64,000 bases of DNA, taken from Haliotis rubra (lineage: Eukaryota). The notes below the pieces were generated by a model that was given only the letters and a program-made list of their open reading frames with translations, searched no databases and had not been told where the DNA came from. The stretch is from the NCBI RefSeq assembly GCF_003918875.1, contig NW_025767111.1, positions 806,001-870,000 on the forward strand, written 5' to 3'. Of the stretch, positions 1-11,861 are shown piece by piece; position 1 is the first letter of the stretch; each line of letters opens with the position of its first letter. A program made the translations under genes and the position numbers.

Positions 1-273
1 CGAAAACGAGCATAAGTAGTTTCCTTTTCTAATATCTGTCAAATGAACAGCCTTTTTTGCCTAAAATCATATTCACAGGATTAAGTTCATCCAACACAAA
101 TCACATTTTGATAGTTTAATGCAATGCTGCATAACTATTTTTCCTACAGATCAGTAAATCATCACTTGTGCTAGTAACCCAGGGGGATCCACTTTATCTG
201 TTCACAGTTGTCTTAGTTCTTAACATTTTTATGCATGGTGACTGTCATTTGATGGTGACACTTGATATTTCAG

Positions 274-431
274 AACAAGATGACCTTACTCGTCAGCTGC
301 AGGCGCTACCCCTGAGGAACGACACCTTCAGAGTGCGGACGTGTAAACAGGAACTAGAGAACAAAATAGCTGAAGTAGAAGAAGCCATTAAGATATTCTC
401 AAGGCCTAAAGTCTTCGTCAAGGATGAATAA
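274..431 (+). CDS. ENKD1: Terminal coding exon of enkurin domain-containing protein 1
   Basis: Acceptor tttcag ends at 273. Translation (E)QDDLTRQLQALPLRNDTFRVRTCKQELENKIAEVEEAIKIFSRPKVFVKDE* matches the ENKD1 C-terminal motif VEEAIKIFSRPKVFV recalled from the family. Confidence 0.88.
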
Positions 432-485
432 CAATATACTGTTTATTTGATTGACATTCCGTTGAAGGATTCCTTGCAAGAACAG

Positions 486-1622
486 TGGAAGCACAGGACA
501 AAATCCACCCGGACAAAATCCACCCCAAAATTGCAACCTAGGACAAAATCCACCCCGGACAAAATCCACCCCTAATAAATTCCACCCTAAGAAAAAAAAC
601 CTAATGACATGTTTAGTCACAGAAATGAATTTTATTCATATCAGTCATTCATAATCGATAACAAAAAAACCCAAAATACATATGTAAGCACATTTTTGCA
701 TATATAAATATGACAACAGCATATGTTTTCACACATTCAGACATATCTATGACTAAACATCTTGCCACATTTCAACAACGCAAGCAACGGCCGACGCCGT
801 GGAGAAAGTCCTCGAGTGTCTTTTCCTTTGCTGCGTAGGTCTTGCACAGACCTTCAAGGCGCTCTTGGAGATGTTTGGTGGTTGTTCTGGTTCTTTTCTT
901 AGGGGAAGAACCCGGTTTGGTGTCTCTCGGGATGTACTGGCCTTCTGCTTCATCTCTGACCGCAACTTGAGGGCCACGGTAGCGCTGGGGTCTGGGGTGT
1001 GGCAGTGGTTGGTTGTCAGTACTTTATTCTTCACTTCCATGTCTGTGGTCACTGAACCCTTGCAAGACAGCGGTTTCCGTTGGGAACACTCCCACCTAAT
1101 TGTTGACTTGCTCTCTTTCTTCTCAAACTCATTAAAAAGTATGTTCTATCAAAACATGAGTATAAAGGGCTCCAATCAGGCTTGCAAAAACATCTTAATT
1201 CTTTAAGGGGATTATGTAATGATCAAAGTGTGAGACTTCTTAATGATATATGAAAGAGGATTAAGTAGTGATCAAAATGTGACAAATGGAGTTTAACCTT
1301 TAATAGGAACAATTTGAAAATTGCTAAAAGCTATCAAAACCAAATCAGTCAGTCTTAAGGATATGAACAGGAACAGCCAATTAGGTGACAAATGGAAAAC
1401 CTTTAATGTTTGAAACAACATCAAGGAACAATGCCAATTAGTCTACTAATTGAAATGATATCAAAACAATGCTTATGCAACACAACTTGAACAAAGATCA
1501 GGACACACTAAAACTTTTAACAATAGCAATTTGAGAAGGGTGGATTTTGTCCATTTTTTTGGTAAGAAGAGGTGGATTTTGTCCGGGGTGGCAATTTTTG
1601 GGTGGATTTTGTCCGGTCACCG
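486..1622 (-). mobile_element. Internally deleted Mutator-like (MULE) DNA transposon
   Basis: GGACAAAATCCACCC subterminal repeats at ~496-572 occur inverted (GGGTGGATTTTGTCC) at ~1538-1614. The minus strand encodes a FLYWCH-like finger (RWECSQRKPLSCKG...NHCH) joined to a MULE-type C-terminus (LQERLEGLCKTY...EDFLHGVGRCL) in another frame. No DDE core and no clear TSD. Confidence 0.75.
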
Positions 1623-2483
1623 GTATTTGGATCCTGTCAAGAGTGAACCCAATGAAACTCTACATTGTACTAAGCCTTTTAGTGATTCCTACAGGGCAAA
1701 ATTCGAATGTAACCTGTTCAACAACAATCAGTTGAAAAATCCAACTATGAGGTATCTATTTTCTGTCGAAAATGAAGATCTATGGCAGGTTTCTCAAACA
1801 CTTAAAATCAGAACTGCTTCATAACTCGTATATATATATTATTGGAGAAGAAAAATAACAGGCAGACACACACACTCTTCTTGTAACAATGAGAATTTAG
1901 AAACTAGAAATTTAAAAATTAGCGGGCACAAAGAAGATTGTGTGGAACATGAATAGTACACATCATAAGCATAAATGAAGAAAATGACTTTTAATCAGTA
2001 CTTAAAAATATTAAACTAAGTTATTATTATTATTGGATTTTCTTTAGATGTTTCATTTGTCTAAAGGCTGTGTTTGTAGAGAGTTTGTTTCTTGGTACAT
2101 GTGCCCTATAATGCCTACAACGGTAATATGTTCACCTATACACAATAGGAGCAATGATGTTTTTAATGTTTTTACAGAAATTTGGTGCAGATGTCTTTTA
2201 CAGAAGATTGTCAGTATTTAAAAATTTCATGACATCATAATCTGTTTACCCGTTGCTTGAGAGATGTGTATTCATTAATGGGACTTCCAGGGAGTTGGGC
2301 TTTAGCTGACATACTGTATCTATCCCGGTCTCATGACATTTGCTATCGTCATATCTGACTGTGCCTAATCTCTGACATACTGGATTTATTGAGTTTTTCT
2401 TCATTCTGTGATATTTGTTAACATTGAAAACTCCCAACATTACCATTTCTTGTTTAGTTTTGTATGGCTCACAGGTCTGGATA

Positions 2484-2866
2484 CACACCATGCCATCTAG
2501 CTAGTGGATCTCCCACACCATGCCATCTAGCTAGTGGATCTCCCACCCCATGCCATCTAGCTAGTGGATCTCCCACACCATGCCATCTAGCTAGTGGATC
2601 TCCCACACCATGGAGCATCTGGCTAGTGGATCTCCCACACCATGCCATCTAGCTAGTGGATCTCCCACCCCATGCCATCTAGCTAGTGGATCTCCCACAC
2701 CATGCCATCTAGCTAGTGGATCTCCCACCCCATGCCATCTAGCTAGTGGATCTCCCACACCATGCCATCTAGCTAGTGGATCTCCCACACCATGCCATCT
2801 AGCTAGTGGATCTCCCACCCCATGCCATCTAGCTAGTGGATCTCCCACACCATAGAGCATCTGGCT
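2484..2866. repeat. 30-bp minisatellite, ~13 copies
   Basis: Unit CACACCATGCCATCTAGCTAGTGGATCTCC. Confidence 0.97.
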
Positions 2867-3385
2867 ACTACAGAGACACTGGCTGTCACTTCACTCTGTC
2901 CCACCTGGGGATCAGTTATATCTCTGTGTGTACTGGTACCTGGTGAGCTACTCCTTGACCTGTAAGCATGGAGTGCTTATGACATTAGTAACTTATCATA
3001 TATATTTATGTAGCTGTCATGTAGTCATTGATTGTAAATAAACCCATTTTCATAGAGGAATTGTAAATAACTTTAGTGCTGGTACTCCACATTTGTGTTT
3101 TGTTTCTTCCCTGATGTGGTGGTGGAGTATTAAATATTGGAATAGATGATATCATTGAGAGGACTGAGGTGCTTCAAGAGACATGCTTGTGAGAAGAAGC
3201 TGGTTGAGGAATACTAACTTGTGGTTCAGCGTAGATAGTTGTCTAGTGTTCATGATTCTCTGGATAGTTACAAATCCAAGTCACCACTGAAAGTTAAGGA
3301 AATCTTACTCAATAGAAAATGTCATGGTTTTCTAAATTTGAGGAATTACACAACTCTGTTTTCTGTCTGACTGTACTTGAATCTT

Positions 3386-4915
3386 CAGCTGTGTCTTTGA
3401 GAGAGGTTACCACTTTGTGTAACACAGGAAGCTTCTTCAGCAACACTGGTCCAATGGTTGGGAACATGACAGCTGTGTCTTTCAGAGAGGTTACCACTTT
3501 CTGTAAAACAGGAAGCTTCTTCAGCAACACTGGTCCATTGGTTGGGAACATGACAGCTGTGTCTTTGAGAGAGGTTACCACTTTGTGTAACACAGGAAGC
3601 TTCTTCAGCAACACTGGTCCAATGGTTGGGAACATGACAGCTGTGTCTTTGAGAGAGGTTACCACTTTCTGTAAAACAGGAAGCTTCTTCAGCAACACTG
3701 GTCCAATGGTTGGGAACATGACAGCTGTGTCTTTGAGAGAGGTTACCACTTTGTATAAAACAGGAAGCTTCTTCAGCAACACTGGTCCAATGGTTGGGAA
3801 CATGACAGCTGTGTCTTTGAGAGAGGTTACCACTTTGTATAAAACAGGAAGCTTCTTCAGCAACACTGGTCCATTGGTTGGGAACATGACAGCTGTGTCT
3901 TTGAGAGAGGTTACCACTTTCTGTAAAACAGGAAGCTTCTTCAGCAACACTGGTCCATTGGTTGGGAACATGACAGCTGTGTCTTTGAGAGAGGTTACCA
4001 CTTTCTGTAAAACAGGAAGCTTCTTCAGCAACACTGGTCCAATGGTTGGGAACATGACAGCTGTGTCTTTGAGAGAGGTTACCACTTTCTGTAAAACAGG
4101 AAGCTTCTTCAGCAACACTGGTCCAATGGTTGGGAACATGACAGCTGTGTCTTTGAGAGAGGTTACCACTTTCTGTAAAACAGGAAGCTTCTTCAGCAAC
4201 ACTGGTCCATTGGTTGGGAACATGACAGCTGTGTCTTTGAGAGAGGTTACCACTTTCTGTAAAACAGGAAGCTTCTTCAGCAACACTGGTCCAATGGTTG
4301 GGAACATGACAGCTGTGTCTTTGAGAGAGGTTACCACTTTCTGTAAAACAGGAAGCTTCTTCAGCAACACTGGTCCAATGGTTGGGAACATGACAGCTGT
4401 GTCTTTGAGAGAGGTTACCACTTTCTGTAAAACAGGAAGCTTCTTCAGCAACACTGGTCCAATGGTTGGGAACATGACAGCTGTGTCTTTGAGAGAGGTT
4501 ACCACTTTCTGTAAAACAGGAAGCTTCTTCAGCAACACTGGTCCAATGGTTGGGAACATGACAGCTGTGTCTTTGAGAGAGGTTACCACTTTGTATAAAA
4601 CAGGAAGCTTCTTCAGCAACACTGGTCCAATGGTTGGGAACATGACAGCTGTGTCTTTGAGAGAGGTTACCACTTTCTGTAAAACAGGAAGCTTCTTCAG
4701 CAACACTGGTCCAATGGTTGGGAACATGACAGCTGTGTCTTTGAGAGAGGTTACCACTTTCTGTAAAACAGGAAGCTTCTTCAGCAACACTGGTCCAATG
4801 GTTGGGAACATGACAGCTGTGTCTTTGAGAGAGGTTACCACTTTGTGTAACACAGGAAGCTTCTTCAGCAACACTGGTCCAATGGTTGGGAACATGACAG
4901 CTGTGTCTTTGAAAA
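3386..4915. repeat. 84-bp tandem repeat, ~18 copies
   Basis: Unit GTGTCTTTGAGAGAGGTTACCACTTTCTGTAAAACAGGAAGCTTCTTCAGCAACACTGGTCCAATGGTTGGGAACATGACAGCT; produces 28-aa repeats in the ORF track. Confidence 0.97.
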
Positions 4916-5621
4916 CGGTTGCCAATGTGGATAAAACAGAAGATTCTTCAGCAACACTGGTAGATTGGTTGGTAGTGTTGACAACACTGTTCCAACGTCT
5001 TTGAGAGTCATTTAGAAGTTTGAGCACTAAGGAAATAACAATACATAATTCAAGCAAGTGATTGAGAACAGTGTTAGAAGCTACACAGAAACACTGCTCC
5101 CACTGTAATATTGAAGTTGTTCCAGTTCCAGTCCTACAGACCTTCCCTTCACCTGTAGTATGTGCCATGGTAGACCCTGTAGTAGTAGGTGCTGCTGCCA
5201 CGTAACGAGTACTGTGATCTCACAACATAGCTGCAAAGCAAACATTGGAGGGAGTTGATATTTATTATCCAAGTGACATGTTGTACTGTTGATGTACAGC
5301 TGTATAGATATGTCATCTGAAGCTCCTTCCTTCTAAACACCTCTGTGTGTCTTGTTTCACTAGTGTGTATGTGTTTATATGCATGTTTCACTTTCACTGA
5401 GGTTCTTCACCCATGGGTGGTGTTACTGCTCAGCACTATACTTTATGTACACAGACCGTGGTCTGGCAGTTGGTAGACCTCTCATGGTGCCCACTGCCAT
5501 CAGTTAAATGCAGCTCTTTCCCAGTGACACTGTTCCCAGGCAGCCTTGTGATTGTCTACATCAGAAATGTTGAATAACAAAAATTGCCTTTTGCTCAGAT
5601 TAAACCTGTTCATGCCTTATG

Positions 5622-5790
5622 GTGTTGGACGATGTAGTACCCTGGTGGTAGATAGTGTTGGACGATGTAGTACCCTGGTGGTAGATAGTGTTGGACGATG
5701 TAGTACCCTGGTGGTAGATAGTGTTGGACGATGTAGTACCCTGGTGGTAGATAGTGTTGGACGATGAAGTACCCTGGTGGTAGATAGTGT
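5622..5790. repeat. 33-bp minisatellite, ~5 copies
   Basis: Unit GTGTTGGACGATGTAGTACCCTGGTGGTAGATA. Confidence 0.95.
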
Positions 5791-6413
5791 GCACAAAAGA
5801 GGAGCGGCTGTTTGGCATATTCGTTACCAGTCTCCTTCAACCCTACATACACCAAGTATTTGACTTGTCAAAAGGCCAAGGGGAAGTGACTTGTTATAGC
5901 TGTCAGAACTATTATGCTCGGCTTATATAATGTAGCCATTAGTATACAGTTAACTGGGACAAGCAGTTGTTTTTCTCTTCCGGCTTGTGAGGAAATAATT
6001 CATCATTATTTAAGTTCTGTGACTGAGTTTGTGCCTTCTCAAGACAAGGCCACATGTGTTTTTCTGTCTCACTTGGCCCTCAATGAGGAACATTCCTTGG
6101 CCCATTTCTTTTACACCATCTGAGCCCCGGATCGAGTGTCTAACTCAATTCTGGGCCTTCCTGTTTATGGTGACATGCTCCTCGCCCTCATCACCACACT
6201 GTCCGCCCTGCAGGAAGATTGATGAAGATGACAGCTTTGTGGTGTGTGTGTGTGTGTGAGAGACAGAGGGAGAGCATGCACACGTGTGAATCAGTATGTT
6301 TTGTGTGCTTCAACACAAAAATAGTTTCAAGTTTCAAATCTTTATTCAGGTTAAAGTCATCTGGCAGCCACTGCACTAATACAAAAATATGTGACAGTGA
6401 AACAGTGCCTAGG

Positions 6414-6487
6414 ACTAAAGTACTGCCGGAAATGCTAGAAAAATGCTTTTTGACTTATATTTCTAGCATTTCCGGCAGTACTTTAGT
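6414..6487. repeat. Perfect 28-bp inverted repeat (74-bp hairpin, probable tiny MITE)
   Basis: ACTAAAGTACTGCCGGAAATGCTAGAAA (6414-6441) and its exact reverse complement (6460-6487). Confidence 0.85.
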
Positions 6488-7336
6488 AAGGCTGAAAGGT
6501 AAACTTCTCCACAGGTGACTAGTCAAAAACATGAGATTCATGCTAGACATGCTGAAATAGCAACACACAAAATACATTGACTAATGCTGAAAGCATTCAT
6601 GTAAAGTTATGTATGTTCTTCCAGTACTGCTAGACACACTGCTGTAACTGACTGGATGAACTGTGCAACAACAATGGCTTGACATGAACAATACGTACAC
6701 ACACACACATCCTTGCAACATGCATTTCACATCAACAAGCTGTTCCTGCAAAATGTACAACTGACAGGAACAATGGAGTGAGCTTGCATAGATAAAATGC
6801 CCCCCGTCAAGAAGATGGTTTTGCCAATACATTCTGACAGAACCATGTCAACTGCTACAGGAGGTCAATATCAAGTCATACAACCATTTGCTAGATAATA
6901 TTCAACATTCATTCAAACCATGTGACAGTGACCATGAAAGACTTCATCAACGTTGCATATTTAGGCACTTTTTACAATGGAAGCATATAATACAGGCAGA
7001 CATGGGTTCACCTGACACAAGTTACTGTGGCTGTCCTACATCAGTTTCCACAGGGTTTTAATGTAACAATGCAAGATTCATATCACATGAGAATGTGTGG
7101 TTGCAGCTTAGCTGCTTATTACAGAAACTGTGTTCATACATGTGACCTCACACTTCGCACCTTAATTATAAGCAGCAAAAGAAAATATTTCATAAAATTG
7201 TCTACCCTGAACAGGGAGAGTAATAGTTGAGAAAGTGTTGACAAATGTCTTACTTCCGTGTATTACTGTCATACACCATCATACAGGGGTTTTGCTATTT
7301 CACTTAAATATTACTTTACAGTAGCACTGTGGATCT

Positions 7337-9620
7337 GGCAATCTGACAGTGTGCTTGACATATCAGTACTAGGGATGTCCCAGCAATCTGACAGTGTGCT
7401 TGACATATCAGTACTAGGGATGTCCCAGCAATCTGACAGTGTGCTTGACATATCAGTACTAGGGATGTCCCAGCAATCTGACAGTGTGCTTGACATATCA
7501 GCACTAGGGATGTTCCAGCATTCTGACAGTGTGCTTGACATATCAGTACTAGGGATGTCCCAGCAATCTGACAGTGTGCTTGACATATCAGTACTATGGA
7601 TGTCCCAGCAATCTGACAGTGTGCTTGACATATCAGTACTAGGGATGTTCCAGCATTCTGACAGTGTGCTTGACATATCAGTACTAGGGATGTCCCAGCA
7701 ATCTGACAGTGTGCTTGACATATCAGTACTAGGGATGTCCCAGCAATCTGACAGTGTGCTTGACATATCAGCACTAGGGATGTTCCAGCATTCTGACAGT
7801 GTGCTTGACATATCAGGACTATGGATGTCCCAGCAATCTGACAGTGTGCTTGACATATCAGTACTAGGGATGTCCCAGCAATCTGACAGTGTGCTTGACA
7901 TATCAGTACTAGGGATGTTCCAGCAATCTGACAGTGTGCTTGACATATCAGTACTAGGGATGTCCCAGCAATCTGACAGTGTGCTTGACATATCAGTACT
8001 ATGGATGTCCCAGCAATCTGACAGTGTGCTTGACATATCAGTACTAGGGATGTCCCAGCAATCTGACAGTGTGCTTGACATATCAGTACTAGGGATGTTC
8101 CAGCATTCTGACAGTGTGCTTGACATATCAGTACTAGGGATGTCCCAGCAATCTGACAGTGTGCTTGACATATCAGTACTATGGATGTCCCAGCAATCTG
8201 ACAGTGTGTGCTTGACATATCAGTACTAGGGATGTTCCAGCATTCTGACAGTGTGCTTGACATATCAGTACTAGGGATGTCCCAGCAATCTGACAGTGTG
8301 CTTGACATATCAGTACTAGGGATGTCCCAGCAATCTGACAGTGTGACATATGACATATGGATCAGTACAGTAATCTGACGTGTGGTGCTGACATATCAGT
8401 ACTAGGGATGTCCCAGCAATCTGACAGTGTGCTTGACATATCAGTACTATGGATGTCCCAGCAATCTGACAGTGTGCTTGACATATCAGTACTAGGGATG
8501 TCCCAGCAATCTGACAGTGTGCTTGACATATCAGTACTAGGGATGTCCCAGCAATCTGACAGTGTGCTTGACATATCAGTACTATCAGCAATCTGACAGT
8601 GTGCTTGGGTACTGTCCCAGCAATCTGACAGCAATTGACATATCAGTACTAGGGATGCTCCAGCAATCTGACAGTGTGCTTGACATATCAGTACTAGGGA
8701 TGTCCCAGCAATATCAGACTATGGAGTGTGCTTGACATATCAGCACTAGGGATGTTCCAGCATTCTGACAGTGTGCTTGACATATCAGTACTAGGGATGT
8801 CCCAGCAATCTGACAGTGTGCTTGACATATCAGTACTAGGGATGTCCCAGCATTCTGACAGTGTGCTTGACATATCAGTACTAGGGATGTCCCAGCATTC
8901 TGACAGTGTGCTTGACATATCAGTACTAGGGATGTCCCAGCTTTCTGACAGTGTGCTTGACATATCAGTACTACGGATGTCCCAGCAATCTGACAGTGTG
9001 CTTGACATATCAGTACTAGGGATGTCCCAGCAATCTGACAGTGTGCTTGACATATCAGTACTACAGATGTCCCAGCATTCTGACAGTGTGCTTGACATAT
9101 CAGTACTAGGGATGTTCCAGCATTCTGACAGTGTGCTTCACATATCAGTACTAGGGATGTCCCAGCATTCTGACAGTGTGCTTGACATATCAGCACTAGG
9201 GATGTCCCAGCATTCTGACAGTGTGCTTGACATATCAGCACTAGGGATGTCCCAGCAATCTGACAGTGTGCTTGACATATCAGCACTAGGGATGTCCCAG
9301 CATTCTGACAGTGTGCTTGACATATCAGCAATGTGGATGTCCCAGCAATCTGACAGTGTGCTTGACATATCATCACTAGGGATGTCCCAGCAATCTGACA
9401 GTGTGCTTGACATATCAGCAATGTGGATGTCCCAGCAATCTGACAGTGTGCTTGACATGTCTGCAATGTGGTTGACATATCAGCACTACGGATGTCCCAG
9501 CAATCTGACAGTGTGCTTCACATATCAGCACTATGGATGTCCCAGCATTCTGACAGTGTGCTTCACATATCAGCATGGTGCTTGACATTTCAGCAATGTG
9601 CTTGACATATCAGCAAATTG
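7337..9620. repeat. 45-bp minisatellite, ~50 copies
   Basis: Unit CAGCAATCTGACAGTGTGCTTGACATATCAGTACTAGGGATGTCC; degenerates towards the right end. Confidence 0.97.
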
Positions 9621-10271
9621 GGTGTCCCAATATTTCTTATAATGTGGTTGACATATAAGTAATGTGCTTGACATTTCATCTTGAACTGCAAGTTTTGTAC
9701 ATATTCCTGAAACAAACAACCTTAATCCAAGTCCTTCCAGGATTTTAACAGAACCAATGCCAAGGTATGTTTATAAATAATAAAGCACAAACTCTACAGC
9801 AGCGTTAATGTCTAGCTATTGTTTTGAATGAGAATACTGGCAGCAATTCAATACTGTTACATTTAGACCCCAACAAACACCTTCGTTCCTACTTTTCCCT
9901 TGTTACATTAATCCTATTTATGGAGTACACGGAATACAGAGACAACTACCCTCATGTACAGTAGTACATGAACTTAGGAGGTAGGTATATTTTCCTGAGG
10001 TAATAACAAGTCAATAACTCTTACTTATTTAAGTACAATACTAGTCTCATCAACGATAAAATCAAACTTTACATGCACCACTTTGCATACTTTTTAAATA
10101 TCAACTTTGCTATCTCGCTTTTTACCAGTACATGAAAAATCCATGGTGCTAGGACTAGCTGACAATAACACATACTGCACAGACAGTAACTCTCTATATC
10201 CTTCCTGTCTTCAAAAAACAAAACTACTGAGCGGCAGAGTACTTGAATGTAAGACTCAACAAAACACAGTG

Positions 10272-10881
10272 AGTGATAAACTTGATAGAGAATAAAGAGA
10301 TGATATAACATCTTGTACAGTCAGTGAATCACTTGATAGAGAATACAGAGATGATATAACATCTTGTACAGTCAGTGAATCACTTGATAGAGAATAAAGA
10401 GATGATATAACATGGTGTCTTGTACAGTCAGTGAATCACTTGATAGAGAATACAGAGATGATATAACATGGTGTCTTGTACAGTCAGTGAATCACTTGAT
10501 AGAGAATACAGAGATGATATAACATGGTGTCTTGTACAGTCAGTGAATCACTTGATAGAGAAAACAGATGATATAACATGGTGTCTTGTACAGTCAGTGA
10601 ATAACTTGATAGAGAATACAGATATGATATAACATGGTGTCTTGTACAGGCAGTGAATAACTTGATAGAGAATACAGAGATGATATAACATGGTGTCTTG
10701 TACAGGCAGTGCATCACTTGATAGAGAATACAGATATGATATAACATCTTGTACAGTCAGTGAATAACTTGATAGAGAATACAGAGATGATATAACATGG
10801 TGTCTTGTACAGTCAGTGAATAACTTGATCAAGAATAGAGATGATATAACATGGTGTCTTGTACAGGCAGTGCATCACTTG
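10272..10881. repeat. 56-bp (and 51-bp variant) minisatellite, ~11 copies
   Basis: Unit CAGTGAATCACTTGATAGAGAATACAGAGATGATATAACATGGTGTCTTGTACAGT. Confidence 0.95.
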
Positions 10882-11021
10882 TTTTCACATACTTCAGCAT
10901 TTATGTAGCACACAGACTCAAGAACACTCGCCATATGTTATGGTTCACAGATTTTAGCTGACCAATCAGAATCCATTGTTTGAAGTAGATAAAATGAGGT
11001 CTGTATCTTACTACTTTTCAT

Positions 11022-11027
11022 TTTATT
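11022..11027 (-). promoter_or_regulatory. Candidate polyadenylation signal of ABCG2-like gene A
   Basis: AATAAA on the minus strand ~690 nt downstream of the stop at 11711. Confidence 0.35.
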
Positions 11028-11255
11028 TGGATCTGATCTGTCAAATCTGTTTCCATAGATACTTGGTACCACACACCCAAACACAAATACACTTTGTGCA
11101 AACATGAGAAGAGGACATCGATGTTGGTGTGAAGAACAACTGACAGTATATGTAGGATATGAATGTCCACCTTGGCTGACTGTAAGAAGGGCAGCCCTTG
11201 TTGCAGCATCAGACTTGTGTAACAGTGTTGTAGATGAAGACCCCTCTTCAGGTGA

Positions 11256-11358
11256 TAACTCACATCCACATGACAGGTACACAATGGTATAACTCACATC
11301 CACATGACAGGTACACAATGGTATAACTCACATCCACATTACAGGTACACAATGGTAT
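11256..11358. repeat. 34-bp repeat x3 in the putative 3' UTR
   Basis: Unit TAACTCACATCCACATGACAGGTACACAATGGTA. Confidence 0.9.
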
Positions 11359-11710
11359 TCCAGTGAAAGGGAAGATTCTACTTGACACTTGATCTCATGG
11401 CGTAGCCAGTAACTTGTCATACTTGACCCCTTTATACTGACACAACCTTGACAGACAATTCTCCACATCTCAGCTGATCACACAACTACTTCAAGTCGTC
11501 GAGTCAAACATTTTACCAGGTAAGTAATCCAAACCTGACATGTTGGAATCATATAGTTTGTTGGTTTGGCAGCAAGAGAGTGTTGTCAGTGAAATCCACA
11601 AGCCACGTTTGTACGCAGTCGGAGGGTGACTCCTGGAGATCCCGGACATGACAGATGTCTGTTGCACACAGGCTTCACTAACTCGCGGAATACAAGCACC
11701 AGATGTGACC

Positions 11711-11861
11711 TCACTTGAGTTTCTTAATGCGGCGTAGCTGGACGTAGGTGAGGAAAAGGAACATGCTGGACATGATGAAGAGGGCAGCCTCCCTCTGCCA
11801 CAGGTCCCAACCCGTCACGTACGCAATGTCCTGCTGTTCTAGATAGGAGTTCCCGGTCACA
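11711..11861 (-). CDS. ABCG2: ABCG2-like A, last coding exon
   Basis: tttcag acceptor; (C)[49 protein letters not shown]. Confidence 0.93.

Noticed and set aside
168-273. N-terminal part of ORF 168..431
   Set aside because: It is intron sequence upstream of the acceptor at 273; the GTG start is not meaningful here
7258-9585. Long ORFs on both strands (up to 346 aa)
   Set aside because: They follow from a stop-free 45-bp unit, break wherever the array has indels, and have no unique coding context
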